A stretch of DNA of 64,000 nucleotides from Williopsis jadinii. Its lineage: Eukaryota. The DNA lies in the NCBI GenBank assembly GCA_024346625.1, contig AP024664.1, positions 4,278,001-4,342,000 of the forward strand, written 5' to 3'. This document shows, in pieces, positions 21,823 through 32,354 of the stretch; the stretch's first letter is position 1; every line of letters begins with the position of its first letter. The notes under the pieces were generated by a model. It was given only the letters and a program-made list of their open reading frames with translations. It did not search any database and was not told the DNA's origin. The position numbers and the translations under genes are program-made.

Positions 21823-24787
21823 CAAGTTGATCTGTAGTGCTTCGGTACGGTGAACGCGATTTGGACCTTCGCTAACGCTCCGGTAAATCTCGAATCACCG
21901 CTACCTTCGCGATCAACTTGCGCTGCGCGGCCCGTCGGGTATTGACTTTAATGCCTGGTCCTTCGTTGATAGGATGATTTTGAAACTAACGAAATCTACG
22001 CTTTAAAGAATTTTCTAAAACTGTAGCGTAAGATTTCGTATATGTAATCGCAAGCATGTGTCTAGGATATGGGTATGTTAGAATGATACTTATCTGAGTC
22101 CTGTTAGGTATGGAAAAGATTTATCTCTCCTGTTATGTGTTTAGCCACTTTTTCAAACACCTTATTGACGAATGTGTGTTCACCTTGGTTGTTGTATAGC
22201 TCTTTTGGTAAGAGCATGTATGCGTTATTCATGTTGGTCAATCTTGAAAGTGCAACGTAAGCTTGACCATGAGCAAAACATGCGGGATTCATGTGGATAC
22301 CAACTTTACCTGTAAAAGTTTGACCTTGAGACTTATTGATAGTCATGGCGAAGCAATGTCTCAATGGGAATTGGCACCTTGTGAAGGTTACTGAACATTT
22401 GGAATCACATGTATGTTTGAATTTGATTTTGGTAAGCTGAATAATATCACCTTTACGATCACCAGTCAATATTTGACAAACTATGAGATTTGAGCGGACT
22501 TCAGTGATCAATACTCTTAATCCATTAACCAATCCCTCGGTTTGTAATATATTACTCGTCAAGATCATTGGTGTATTTAACTTCACTTGTAATTTGAACG
22601 GAGGAATTCTTGGTGTATGGAACAGCTTTGCAATGTTTCTTGATATGATATTGTCGAATTCTTCCTCCAAAGTGTCACTGCCAATACAGTCAAACGATTC
22701 AGTTGTCATCTTCTGAAGACATTTGGAGTTAATGGCGTCAACAGATTTGTTAAAAGGTGTCAATATACATGTGTTACCAAATAGATTAAATGCTGTTCCA
22801 AATTCCAACGAACTTAATAACCCGCTTGGATAAATTTGATTCAAGAATTCTCGTTCAGTTTCGAATACATTTGGAACAAAATCGACAACGTTCCCCCCAA
22901 TTCCAATTTGAAGCAATTTATTGGAGATTTGTAAAGCATCGTTTCGTTGCTCTTCAGCAAATGAATCATTTCTCAAGATTCTTAAATTTTCCGTCAATTT
23001 CAAGATTTCTATATCTTTAGCGTTTGAGTACCTGAATAAAGAGTTTGCAATGATAACTTCTTGGTTAGTACTTCCTTGAATCACTGGTAAACATTGACGG
23101 AAATCACCACTCAAGAGCAAAACAATTCCACCAAATGGTACTTCAGGTTTATCTTTAATCTTCCTCAAGAGTCTATCAGCAGCCTCGATACATTGGTTTG
23201 ATTGGGCACTAATTTCATCCCAAATGATCAATTCAACTTCTTTTAAGAGCCCCCATCTGTCATCAACCATCTTGAGAGGGCATTCAATGATTGACTCTTT
23301 ACCATCCTCAACAACTGGAATGGAAAAGAGCCTATGAGCTGTTGAACCATTATCCAACAATAAACTTCCAAAACCTGTGGATGCACATGTTGCAACGACA
23401 CGATTCTGCAATCTTAATTTTCTAACAATGAGATTTTCAATATAAGTCTTACCAGAACCACCAGGTGCATTTTCTTGAGCTACCAAACCATCGACTCTAT
23501 GGAATAAACGTCCGTTGATGGTCATTGAATAAGTTTCACCTCTCGAATCAGCAGTACTGTTAGAGCCTAATGATGACAGTGAAAGAATTGTATTGATTGT
23601 TCGAGAATATGTGGACGTGATTGGATCCAAGAAGATATCATTCACTTACTCTGAAGGTTCATCGAATTCCTCGAGTAAAACCATGTTCCTATAACAGCAA
23701 AAAGATGGTAAATCAGCATTGATAACGAGTGTATGATAACAATAGCAACACTTTTCAAGATCACTTGGATTTTACTTGAAATTCCGTGGTCTCCGCTGTT
23801 GTTGTTGTTCATAAACTGGATCATCATTCTCATTAAAACCGTTGGTGTCATCCTCAATGATGTATTCAAAGTTGGGATCATAATCAAAGGCACCATCACG
23901 TCTAATTTCTTCTAACGCTCTTTCTGCTACCTGTGCTGCGTTTCTTCGCCTATCTCTTATTCTATCGGCCATAGTTCCATTATCTAGTTCAGGTCCAGGT
24001 ATTAGCGGCTGTTGTAGTACATCTGTGATCTCTGAATGGGTATTCTGTGACAGAACTTGAAGGTTTCTTGATTCCTTATCTTGTTCTCATAACAGGTCAG
24101 TTAGTCTGTCTCAATGATTAATGGGTCTTCTGGTTGTGTCGTACCTCCATTCGTTTGAGCTTGCCGCTGTGGTTCTGGATTAGCCGCTGATGTTTCTTCT
24201 TCAGGTTGAGGACGCCGTCGAATGGCCCCAGTAAGAGTCCTCTGAATCTTTCTTGGACGCCCTCTGGGATTCTTGCCTTTATTGTTCAACCTTTTGTTCT
24301 TGGCCATTGTTCTGTGATATTCTTAATTCTGTGTATAAAGCTGTACTGGTTTTGTGTCATTTTTGTGTTGATAAGAATTCAGAATGTAAACAATGCAGCG
24401 GAAATTAGAAAAATCCTAACATTTTTTACGATTGCTGAGGCAACGAAGAATCAGAATTACATATGTAATGCAAAACGTTGTGATTTATTGTAAAACAACC
24501 ATTGATCCAACCCAGCTCAAAGTTAGCATATATGAAGATATGGATATTTTCTTTTATTTTCCTCGCCAGATTTCACAAATCTTGTTTCGTTGCTGAGATA
24601 TAAGTAAATTTATGCTTTTTTCTTGATTGTACCATACAAACTATGAATGGTTATATCTCATGCTGTATTGAAGATTACATGCCCATACTCTGTACAGTTC
24701 TTGGTTCATGTGCTAGTTACCTTTTGGTATACTTTGGGAAGATTTGAAAATCGGGTTGCTATTTTCTATTAGTGTCATTCTAATAGA
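21823..24787 (-). mobile_element. Helitron copy C with both termini, Rep domain deleted, PIF1 helicase retained
   Basis: Minus strand begins A|TCTATTAGAATG (24787) and ends GATCAACTTG|T (21823); encodes AT-hook PRGRPRK, a Zn-finger remnant (CCYC...FCCYRNMVLL) and the helicase. Confidence 0.88.
22104..24307 (-). pseudogene. Helitron RepHel remnant: Rep N-terminal Zn-finger region with in-frame stops, fused in frame to an uninterrupted PIF1-family helicase (22104-23470)
   Basis: APGGSGKT, TAHRLFSIP, IIWDEIS, PFGG...GDFRQCLPV, LTENLR, QFPLRHCFAMTINKSQGQT, FAHGQAYVALSR; upstream YSRTIN..SLSSLG..YSMTINGRLFHR typical of the Helitron N-terminal domain. Confidence 0.88.
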
Positions 24788-25243
24788 TCAAAGGGATGGA
24801 CTTTTTGTTAGCCATTGGTATGATTGTGTGATGTCTTTACTCCATTGAGGTTTTTTTAACCTGATGAAGAGGAGCCTGTTCAACTACCTGTATAAAATTC
24901 CAAACACTTCTCTGTTCCCTGATTCTGAACTCTCATATATTATGAAATACACTTATATCCAACTTTTCTATACAAGAGAAGACAGTAATGGTTTTCAAGT
25001 GCTGGAATCATATACAGTTCGTAGTGAGCCCCAGTATTTGTTTATGTGTTTGTGCGTGTGGCTCCTTCTAACGCCTTATACTGCCCGCCTCCGAAGCTTT
25101 GTTTCCCAGAATGAGTGAGAACGCCGACGTGACAAAGATGGAAAGATAAAAGCCACAATTCGCAAGATTTTAAATTGAAAAAAGGTCACAGAGAGCATCA
25201 ACAAAAAGTTAACCCAGTTCTTTCTCAGAACTTAATCAATTGG

Positions 25244-26554
25244 ATGATAAAGACCACTGCTTCGAGAATCGTTAGGACAATGTCATCATTACCAAGTCAT
25301 AATCCATACTTCAATGCCTCTGGAAAGGACATCTGGAGTCTTATCAATGAGTCAGCTGCTCACGCAGCCACTCAAAGTGACCGCGAGATTATCAATCTGG
25401 GTCAAGGATTCTTCTCTTATTCACCTCCTGACTTTGTCATTCAGGCTGCCAAAGACGCATTGGATGTGCCATTAAACAACCAGTATGCTCATACCAGGGG
25501 TAAGCCAAGTTTGTTGAACGCCCTTGCCAAAACATACAGTAAGCGCTATGGAAGGGAAATAAAGACAGATGAGATCCTTGTCACAACAGGTGCCAATGAG
25601 GCATTGTTAACCATCCTTACTGGGTTTATCGAAAAAGGAGATGAGGTTATTGTCTTCGAACCTTTCTTCGATCAATACATTTCCAATATCGAGCTTCCAG
25701 GTGGAAAAGTTGTTTACGTACCACTGCATCCACCAAAGGAAATTTCAGAGCGTAATGTTAAGGGATCTGAATGGAGAGTCGATTACGACGAGCTAGAAGC
25801 TGCTATAACCGACAAGACTAAGTTTATCCTTATCAACACTCCCCATAACCCAGTTGGAAAGATCTTCAACAAAGAGGAACTTACCAAGATTGGTGACCTG
25901 GCCGTTAAGCATAATCTTTTGATTGTTTCCGATGAAGTTTATGAGAATCTCTACTATGGTGACGACTTCCCAAGAATCGCTACTTTATCACCTGCCTTTG
26001 CAGAAAGAACATTCTCAATATTCTCTGCTGGTAAATCATTTGCTGCTACTGGTTGGAGAATCGGTTGGGTTATTGGTAATGCAGAATTGATAAAGTATGC
26101 TGCCTTAGCACATACAAGAATTTGTTTCTCTTCACCTGCTCCCCTTCAAGAAGCTGTTGCGACTGCTTTCGATGAAGTGACCAAGAATCAATACTTTGAA
26201 AAAACTCGTTCTGAGTACAAGAAGAAGTATGAGATCTTTACCAAGGTTTGGGAAGAGTTGGGTCTTCCATATACTGTTGCAGATGGTGCTTACTACTTGC
26301 TTGTTGATTTCTCCAAGGTGAAGATTCCAGAAGATTATGAATTCCCAGCAGAATTCAAGGCTCGTGCTAAGGACTTTAGATTGGCCTACTGGTTAATTAA
26401 TGAACTTGGTGTTGTTTCCATTCCTCCAACTGAATTCTACATCAAGGAGCATGAGCATGTTGCTGAGAATCTTCTTCGTTTCGCACTTTGTAAAGACAAT
26501 GACGTTTTAGAAAAGGCAGTTGTTAGACTTAGAGAGTTGAAGAAATATCTTTAA
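25244..26554 (+). CDS. BNA3: Kynurenine aminotransferase (class I PLP)
   Basis: INLGQGFF, VTTGANE, FEPFFDQY, NTPHNPVGK, SDEVYE, SAGKSFAATGWRIGW; ATGs at 25244 and 25280; near NUP82/LAS21 as in YJL060-062W. Confidence 0.92.
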   Translation: MIKTTASRIVRTMSSLPSHNPYFNASGKDIWSLINESAAHAATQSDREIINLGQGFFSYSPPDFVIQAAKDALDVPLNNQYAHTRGKPSLLNALAKTYSKRYGREIKTDEILVTTGANEALLTILTGFIEKGDEVIVFEPFFDQYISNIELPGGKVVYVPLHPPKEISERNVKGSEWRVDYDELEAAITDKTKFILINTPHNPVGKIFNKEELTKIGDLAVKHNLLIVSDEVYENLYYGDDFPRIATLSPAFAERTFSIFSAGKSFAATGWRIGWVIGNAELIKYAALAHTRICFSSPAPLQEAVATAFDEVTKNQYFEKTRSEYKKKYEIFTKVWEELGLPYTVADGAYYLLVDFSKVKIPEDYEFPAEFKARAKDFRLAYWLINELGVVSIPPTEFYIKEHEHVAENLLRFALCKDNDVLEKAVVRLRELKKYL

Positions 26555-26630
26555 GTTACAGAATTCAATTTCTATATAGATGATACATATTAAATGACAA
26601 TCGTCTGTCTTTGAAATTAGATTATGTACT

Positions 26631-28877
26631 TTAACGTCTATTCTTTTTGCTACTGAAAGTTGCAGTCTTTCCTTGGTGAGGTTTCGATTGCTTCTTCGCT
26701 GGTCTTGGACCTTCAGATTCTTTTGTGTAAGGGTCAAACTGATTAGAGGATCTCTTTTTATCTTTCCTGTCTTTGCGAGAAGGTTCCTTGATAATTTTGT
26801 CTGCTTTTGAGTAATCGAAAGCTTCTCCTCTCTGTTGTATTCTTTTTACAACTTTGCTGATTGGTTTCTTCTTCTCATTCAGGACAATAATATCTTCAGT
26901 ATTCTTAAACATTATTGATGGCTGCGATGTAGACTCCTCTTGCTCGAGTGGTTCAGGTGGAACAGCAGGTTGTGAGATATCTTCAACTTCCATGTCTTTG
27001 TCTCCATGCTCAGAATCAACCAACTCTGGTGTCTGGGTAAACTTGCTCAAAAGAGACTGAACCATCTTTTTACGATCATTGATACTTTGAGGAATTGTCT
27101 CACTCGATCTGAATTTGACAAATGGTTTCTGAGAAATCATTTTGGACGAAAGTAATTGGGAAGACTTTCTGAGTTGCAACGGAATGGCTGAGGAAGTTTG
27201 TAGCGCCTTGAATAGTTGTTCTTCCTTTAAGACGGACTCTTCAGTGACTTGGATTTCACCCTCATCTAAAGCATAGCTTGTTGCTTCGTTTAACAATTTG
27301 ATATCTTCCATTTTTGTGTCCTGGAGTTTTCCAGCAATTAACTCTGCAATGGCTTTACAATTCTTGCGGACGACTTCAGATATCATTGTGCTTGCAGAAA
27401 GTACACCTGCAGGGTCAGTTGGAGCCAACGAGGCCAGAGAAACTAATAACTGGTTTGGCATAATGTATCTTGGAGATTCATCTTCCTGTCTCGCCATGGA
27501 GTCTCTCCATTCATACAAGGCACGAACTATTCCATCTCTAGACATTGGTAAGTTGTACTGGTACAGTAAACTTTTCCATGGATCTGGTTTCTCAATCAAA
27601 GATACAACATTACTGTTAGGACCGCTATTTTTTGGTCTGTATCTTGAATACTCGTATCTTCTCACGGCAACATTTCTCGATTCGAATAAGACTGTCTCCA
27701 GCTTATTTGACTGTATCAACATATTTTTCAACTGATCGTAGATATACAACAAGAAATGGGTGTCAGATCTTGCATATGCCCTCATTGGCTTTGTCAATGG
27801 ACGTATTCTCCAATCAGCTAACTGGTACTTCTTTGATGTTTTAAAATGTGCGAATCTCTCCAATAAATAGGCTAAACTGTGTTTAGGGAATCCCAATTGT
27901 CTAGATGCATGGTACGTATCGAACAGACTCACAACATACAACCCCAAATCCCTCTGTAGCCATATGATATCCATAAATGCACCATGGAAAACCTTTGTGA
28001 TCATTGGATTTGTAAAGACCGAGTTCAACACTTGTAATTCATCACGTAATGCTAAAGTGTCTATAAGCCAATCTTGCTCTCTGGTACTGATCTGCATCAA
28101 ACAGACAATACCATAATAGGATCTATAGTCATGATGCTCTAAATCCACGGCAATTTCTGTGGCATTTTCTAGCTTCTCCAGCATCTGTTTCAATGCCTCT
28201 GGTGTATCAACCCAGATGGCATCCGTCGCATCCCAATCTTTGTATAATTGCGGTTCACAAATCTCCAATATCTCGCTTCGATAGTCCTGGTTCAAAATCT
28301 CCGTCTCGTATGGTTGTTTATAGTGCTCTGGGATACCCTCTTCCTCTGGGACAAGGTCAAAGGTTCTTTCGAAGGGTACGATGGCATTAGGCTTTGATGT
28401 CAATGATGGCCTAAAAGGGTGTGATTCAGAATTATCCACTGGCTTAGAGAACTTTCTCTGTGGTTTGTCTTGTCTCCTCTGGGTTCCACTTTGGGATTGG
28501 ATACTGGTGGAATCATCCAAATACTTCATCTGCTTTTGACTAGCCCCATCAGAACCTGTGGACTTTCTTAGAGAATCAAAAGCAATGTCTGATCTCTCCA
28601 AAAATTCGTCAATCAGATTACTCATAAGAGACCAGTTCTCCTTCATAGTCTTATCTTGAACTTCACCAACCTCGTTAGACTCCACAGAAGATACAACATC
28701 GTTAATCAATTTCAATAGCGCACCTGATGATTCATCACTGTGTCTAGCGATGTCCGGCTCTGTACTGGTATAGAAGTTGATATCATTTGAGGCTAATCCA
28801 GCGGATGCTCTAATTACCGGCGCCAGAAGTGGCATAATCGTCTTCAGCACATCTTCTTCTTGTGAAGCGTTGTCCAT
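26631..28877 (-). CDS. RRP6: Nuclear exosome 3'-5' exonuclease
   Basis: IAVDLEHHDYRSYYG, FHGAFMDIIWLQRD, YQLADWRIRPL, YARSDTH; HRDC domain. Confidence 0.96.
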   Translation of the reverse strand: MDNASQEEDVLKTIMPLLAPVIRASAGLASNDINFYTSTEPDIARHSDESSGALLKLINDVVSSVESNEVGEVQDKTMKENWSLMSNLIDEFLERSDIAFDSLRKSTGSDGASQKQMKYLDDSTSIQSQSGTQRRQDKPQRKFSKPVDNSESHPFRPSLTSKPNAIVPFERTFDLVPEEEGIPEHYKQPYETEILNQDYRSEILEICEPQLYKDWDATDAIWVDTPEALKQMLEKLENATEIAVDLEHHDYRSYYGIVCLMQISTREQDWLIDTLALRDELQVLNSVFTNPMITKVFHGAFMDIIWLQRDLGLYVVSLFDTYHASRQLGFPKHSLAYLLERFAHFKTSKKYQLADWRIRPLTKPMRAYARSDTHFLLYIYDQLKNMLIQSNKLETVLFESRNVAVRRYEYSRYRPKNSGPNSNVVSLIEKPDPWKSLLYQYNLPMSRDGIVRALYEWRDSMARQEDESPRYIMPNQLLVSLASLAPTDPAGVLSASTMISEVVRKNCKAIAELIAGKLQDTKMEDIKLLNEATSYALDEGEIQVTEESVLKEEQLFKALQTSSAIPLQLRKSSQLLSSKMISQKPFVKFRSSETIPQSINDRKKMVQSLLSKFTQTPELVDSEHGDKDMEVEDISQPAVPPEPLEQEESTSQPSIMFKNTEDIIVLNEKKKPISKVVKRIQQRGEAFDYSKADKIIKEPSRKDRKDKKRSSNQFDPYTKESEGPRPAKKQSKPHQGKTATFSSKKNRR

Positions 28878-29138
28878 CGCTGAAGGATCCTGTTAAAATA
28901 CTACAACGGTTAATAAGTATAAATCACTCGAGCTCATCTCCCATCTAAATTTGTAGTGAAATGAAAGTTTTTCCTTATGCTGTCCCTACCATTTGTTAAC
29001 CCCGGGTAACTTTTACCGATCATAAATTTAGCCAACCCCCACTGTAGTTTTTACGCCTTCGAGATCGCACCCATAAATGGAGTATTCTTTCCATTGTCGC
29101 CATTAACGTGTTAAGTAATATTGAGAAATATTTGCAAC

Positions 29139-29531
29139 ATGCTGAGATTACAAACCCTGAGACTTGCAAGAAGGGTTCCATTAGCGTCTGTGCGTCTTTA
29201 CTCTCTCAAATCGGACTTCACAATCACACCAGGACCTCCAAAGTTACCAAAGGAGGAGCAGGAAGAGTTCGAAAGGCTTCAAAAGATTGCAGCTTCCCAA
29301 ATAGCCATTGAGGAATACAACAACTCTATATCACAGGAAGATGATCCAACTGCTGCCCCGTACATGGACAAAGCCGGTGTAGATATTGGTGGGTTCTCCC
29401 CGGAGTATTTCAGAACCATTCCAGAATTTGAAGGTGATGTTAACCCAAAGACTGGTGAAATAGGTGGTCCAAAGCAGGATCCTCTCAAACACGGTGATTA
29501 CTCCTTCAACGGACGTGTCACTGATTTTTAA
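29139..29531 (+). CDS. SDH8: Succinate dehydrogenase assembly factor 4
   Basis: Presequence MLRLQTLRLARR; PGPPKLPKEEQEEFE, FEGDVNPKTGEIGGPKQDPLKHGDYSFNGRVTDF. Confidence 0.93.
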   Translation: MLRLQTLRLARRVPLASVRLYSLKSDFTITPGPPKLPKEEQEEFERLQKIAASQIAIEEYNNSISQEDDPTAAPYMDKAGVDIGGFSPEYFRTIPEFEGDVNPKTGEIGGPKQDPLKHGDYSFNGRVTDF

Positions 29532-29576
29532 TGAAAACTACTTATGAAAGGATGGATTTATATGAGCATTATATAA

Positions 29577-31760
29577 TTATACGAACGCCTGCTTATTGCC
29601 AGCTTCCAGCTGTAAGAAGTTTTGCTTTAATCTTCCAGAAGTTTCAGTCAAAAGTTTTTTACTCTCCTTGAGAATATCGTTAATGCTATCCCAATTGTGC
29701 TCTCCAAATTCTTGATCTTCTTCCTTGCGAAACTTTTTGGAGTCGATCTCTTTTTTGATAAAGGACAGTTGTTGTGCAAACAAATTGCGTTGTTTAACAG
29801 ACTTGTTGAAGGATAATGTAGTTTTTTGAATCTCCTTAAACCATCCCTTCTCAGAGTTGCTCAGTGGTAAATCGGTACTCTTGTCAAATTTCTCCGCAAG
29901 TGTTGCCAGTCTCGTTTGTAACGCCTCATGGCGCTGTGTGATCCTCAGTATACTTTCACTGTTATCGACTTGTTTCTCTTCAACTTTGTCCAACTTTTGT
30001 AAAAGATCGTTGGTAGTGTCGATTTGCCTGACAAACTCTTTCTTTTGAGCATCAACTCTGTAGTTCAAACTCATTACGAATTTATGGTAGTTGACCAACG
30101 TTTCCAAAACCTGTGTGCTTATATCCTTTACATCACGCAATCCGGTTTCGTCAAGCTGAATAACGTTATTCGATCCACTTGGTGCAGAAATCTTGAATTT
30201 TCGAATGTCTTGAACCAACTTGTCGATCATAAAGAATGGCGTTGAATCCAGGTTGGTTTTATAGTAAATGGGTGCAATGTCAACATTATCCTTAGGACTC
30301 TCAGTCTGTGTCTCGGGAGACAACAAAAACACGTTAAAGTTTGAAGAAGTTAGCACAGCCACGTATTTACTCGAGTACTCATCCTCCAATATAACAAGTC
30401 CTTCATACTGTTCATTTGGTGATAGAGTCGTTAACAGCTCCAAATCCGAGTTGAAATCAGACTCGAGTACTTTGGCAAGCGATTCTGAGTCACCTTTTTG
30501 TAAATAACTTTCAAGCTCGTTTGCCCATAGTTCTAAATCCACTTTGTAGATACAATTTTCTCTTTTCAGGAAAACTTTGTTCTTACATGTGAATGGTGAT
30601 AATGAAATCTGTGCTGGATGTTGAGATTTCTTGAACTCTAACAGGGTCAAAGATGGCGCAAACTCACCACTCTCGTTCAATATGACAAATTCCTCGAAAT
30701 CTTGATTTCTAAACTTCATAGTAATGTTCCAATCAGGAAGGAGGAAAAGAAGTCCACTTTTCTCGCATGCAATGATGAGGATATCGACAGATCCGCAATT
30801 AACAAAACTTATCCCAGTAGCGTTATCTGTGTACAAAGTATCTGGGAATGGCTCAATGGAATAAGGACCCTGTGTAACCATCGACTGTGAAGAGTCAGGT
30901 TTGAGAACTAGTAGTCTCTGTGTGCCTCTAGTCTCTGTTTGTGCAGTTGGAACTTGAGCCCATAAATGTTTGACAAATTTCAATTGATTGATAGCTGATT
31001 TCTTTTCAAGTACATTTGAATCGCTATCAACAATTCTATTTGTCAGTAAGATAGTTTCATTAAGCAGCTCCTCGATTTGATCCTTGGAAACAGCAATCTC
31101 CCTTGGGTAGAAAGGATAAATTGAAAAAACATCACCTTCAGAATTCAAGATGTACAATATCAATTGCCCATTCAACGAATCCTCCGAACCAAAAGTTATA
31201 GCTACAGGGTCATCAACAACGTCAGTGGCATATCCAACTTGGTTTCTACTAGAAACGGTCAAGTTGTATACGAAATTTGGTTCATCAAGAGAGTAACTCA
31301 GGTCAAAACATCTTAAAGCACCATCCTCAAAGAGTACAACAACAGTAGAGTCAAATCTTGATACTTTATTCCATTGCAAGTCAACAATCTTCAACGACCA
31401 GATTAAATCCCTTGCAATGACAAACGATTTCACTTTGATCAAAGATTCCTGTGTGGTCATGAACTGAGATGAAGGTAACGTTGTGATGACCAAATTGTTA
31501 CGGTTATACACAGCAAGTAAAGTTCCCGAACTGTTCAGCTTCAGCCCGTCAATCTGGAACTGTATTTCTGGTATGTCAAGTACTTTATAACTCGTCGAGT
31601 CTGGAATTCTTGCACATCTCACCGTGGATTGATGACCAAAGAATAGCTCTGATCCGTTTCTCTGTGCTAACTTGGAGGCTGAAAACGGAATAGAGCTACT
31701 GGACTCTTTCACAATCCTCTTCACGATCTCTTGTCCCTGTAATTTCTCTAAAAACGACAT
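29577..31760 (-). CDS. NUP82: Nucleoporin Nup82
   Basis: 727 aa; N-terminal beta-propeller-like region (LYILNSEGDVFSIYPF, QGPYSIEPFP) plus C-terminal coiled coil (EKGWFKEI); synteny with BNA3/LAS21. Confidence 0.85.
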   Translation of the reverse strand: MSFLEKLQGQEIVKRIVKESSSSIPFSASKLAQRNGSELFFGHQSTVRCARIPDSTSYKVLDIPEIQFQIDGLKLNSSGTLLAVYNRNNLVITTLPSSQFMTTQESLIKVKSFVIARDLIWSLKIVDLQWNKVSRFDSTVVVLFEDGALRCFDLSYSLDEPNFVYNLTVSSRNQVGYATDVVDDPVAITFGSEDSLNGQLILYILNSEGDVFSIYPFYPREIAVSKDQIEELLNETILLTNRIVDSDSNVLEKKSAINQLKFVKHLWAQVPTAQTETRGTQRLLVLKPDSSQSMVTQGPYSIEPFPDTLYTDNATGISFVNCGSVDILIIACEKSGLLFLLPDWNITMKFRNQDFEEFVILNESGEFAPSLTLLEFKKSQHPAQISLSPFTCKNKVFLKRENCIYKVDLELWANELESYLQKGDSESLAKVLESDFNSDLELLTTLSPNEQYEGLVILEDEYSSKYVAVLTSSNFNVFLLSPETQTESPKDNVDIAPIYYKTNLDSTPFFMIDKLVQDIRKFKISAPSGSNNVIQLDETGLRDVKDISTQVLETLVNYHKFVMSLNYRVDAQKKEFVRQIDTTNDLLQKLDKVEEKQVDNSESILRITQRHEALQTRLATLAEKFDKSTDLPLSNSEKGWFKEIQKTTLSFNKSVKQRNLFAQQLSFIKKEIDSKKFRKEEDQEFGEHNWDSINDILKESKKLLTETSGRLKQNFLQLEAGNKQAFV

Positions 31761-31997
31761 CGCTCCTACTAACCGCTCGTGTTGATCTCAAATAGTTGTT
31801 GATCTCTTCAACAGCTGTTAACTTTTGTTGTTTACTTTTTTTTTCCCTCTTCGAAAGATTGTGGTGTTCGGATGTTTTAGGGTTAAAGTAATTACATCAT
31901 TTACATCAGTGATGATGACAAGACAGATAAAATATTGAGCTATTTCTTTGTTATATTGAGCTATGTACAGGTTTGGTTCATCTCATAAGTTTGCAAT

Positions 31998-32354
31998 TCA
32001 CATCTGAGCAATAAAGTTGTTCATTTTTATCTTCTTCTTATTTCTGAGTCTCATCTCTTTCTTAGCCTTTTTTGCAGGGTCACTGTCCAGCTTTGCCTGT
32101 TGAGCCTTTGGATCTAGCACAGTCCACAACCATTCAGGGTACTCACTGTCCTCTAATGCAACTGGATCTTCCCCAGACTTCTTCACCTTCAAATTGAGTG
32201 AAGTACCGGCTTTGCACGAAGACTTCACAGTGACAGTGCTAGCAGCTGTTTCCTTAGCGGCATTACTAGCAGTAGTAGCAGTAGTAGCTTGTGCTGTACT
32301 GTTTCGAAGAATGGAGGAGGTGAAGAGTGTTCTTCTGGCAACAAATCTGAACAT
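31998..32354 (-). CDS. MRPL37: Mitochondrial ribosomal protein mL54
   Basis: SSCKAGTSLNL.VKKSGEDPVALEDSEYPEWLWTVLD...IKMNNF; near SDH8 as in YBR268W/YBR269C. Confidence 0.93.
   Translation of the reverse strand: MFRFVARRTLFTSSILRNSTAQATTATTASNAAKETAASTVTVKSSCKAGTSLNLKVKKSGEDPVALEDSEYPEWLWTVLDPKAQQAKLDSDPAKKAKKEMRLRNKKKIKMNNFIAQM

Noticed and set aside
22104..23645. Host PIF1/RRM3 gene
   Set aside because: Embedded in a multicopy repeat, fused to a Helitron N-terminal remnant, with Helitron-type motifs (GDFRQCLPV, FAHGQ.YVALSR).
17100..24100. CGA/TGA differences between Helitron copies as RIP or methylation footprint
   Set aside because: Only a few instances seen by eye; not separable from ordinary transitions without a counted alignment.
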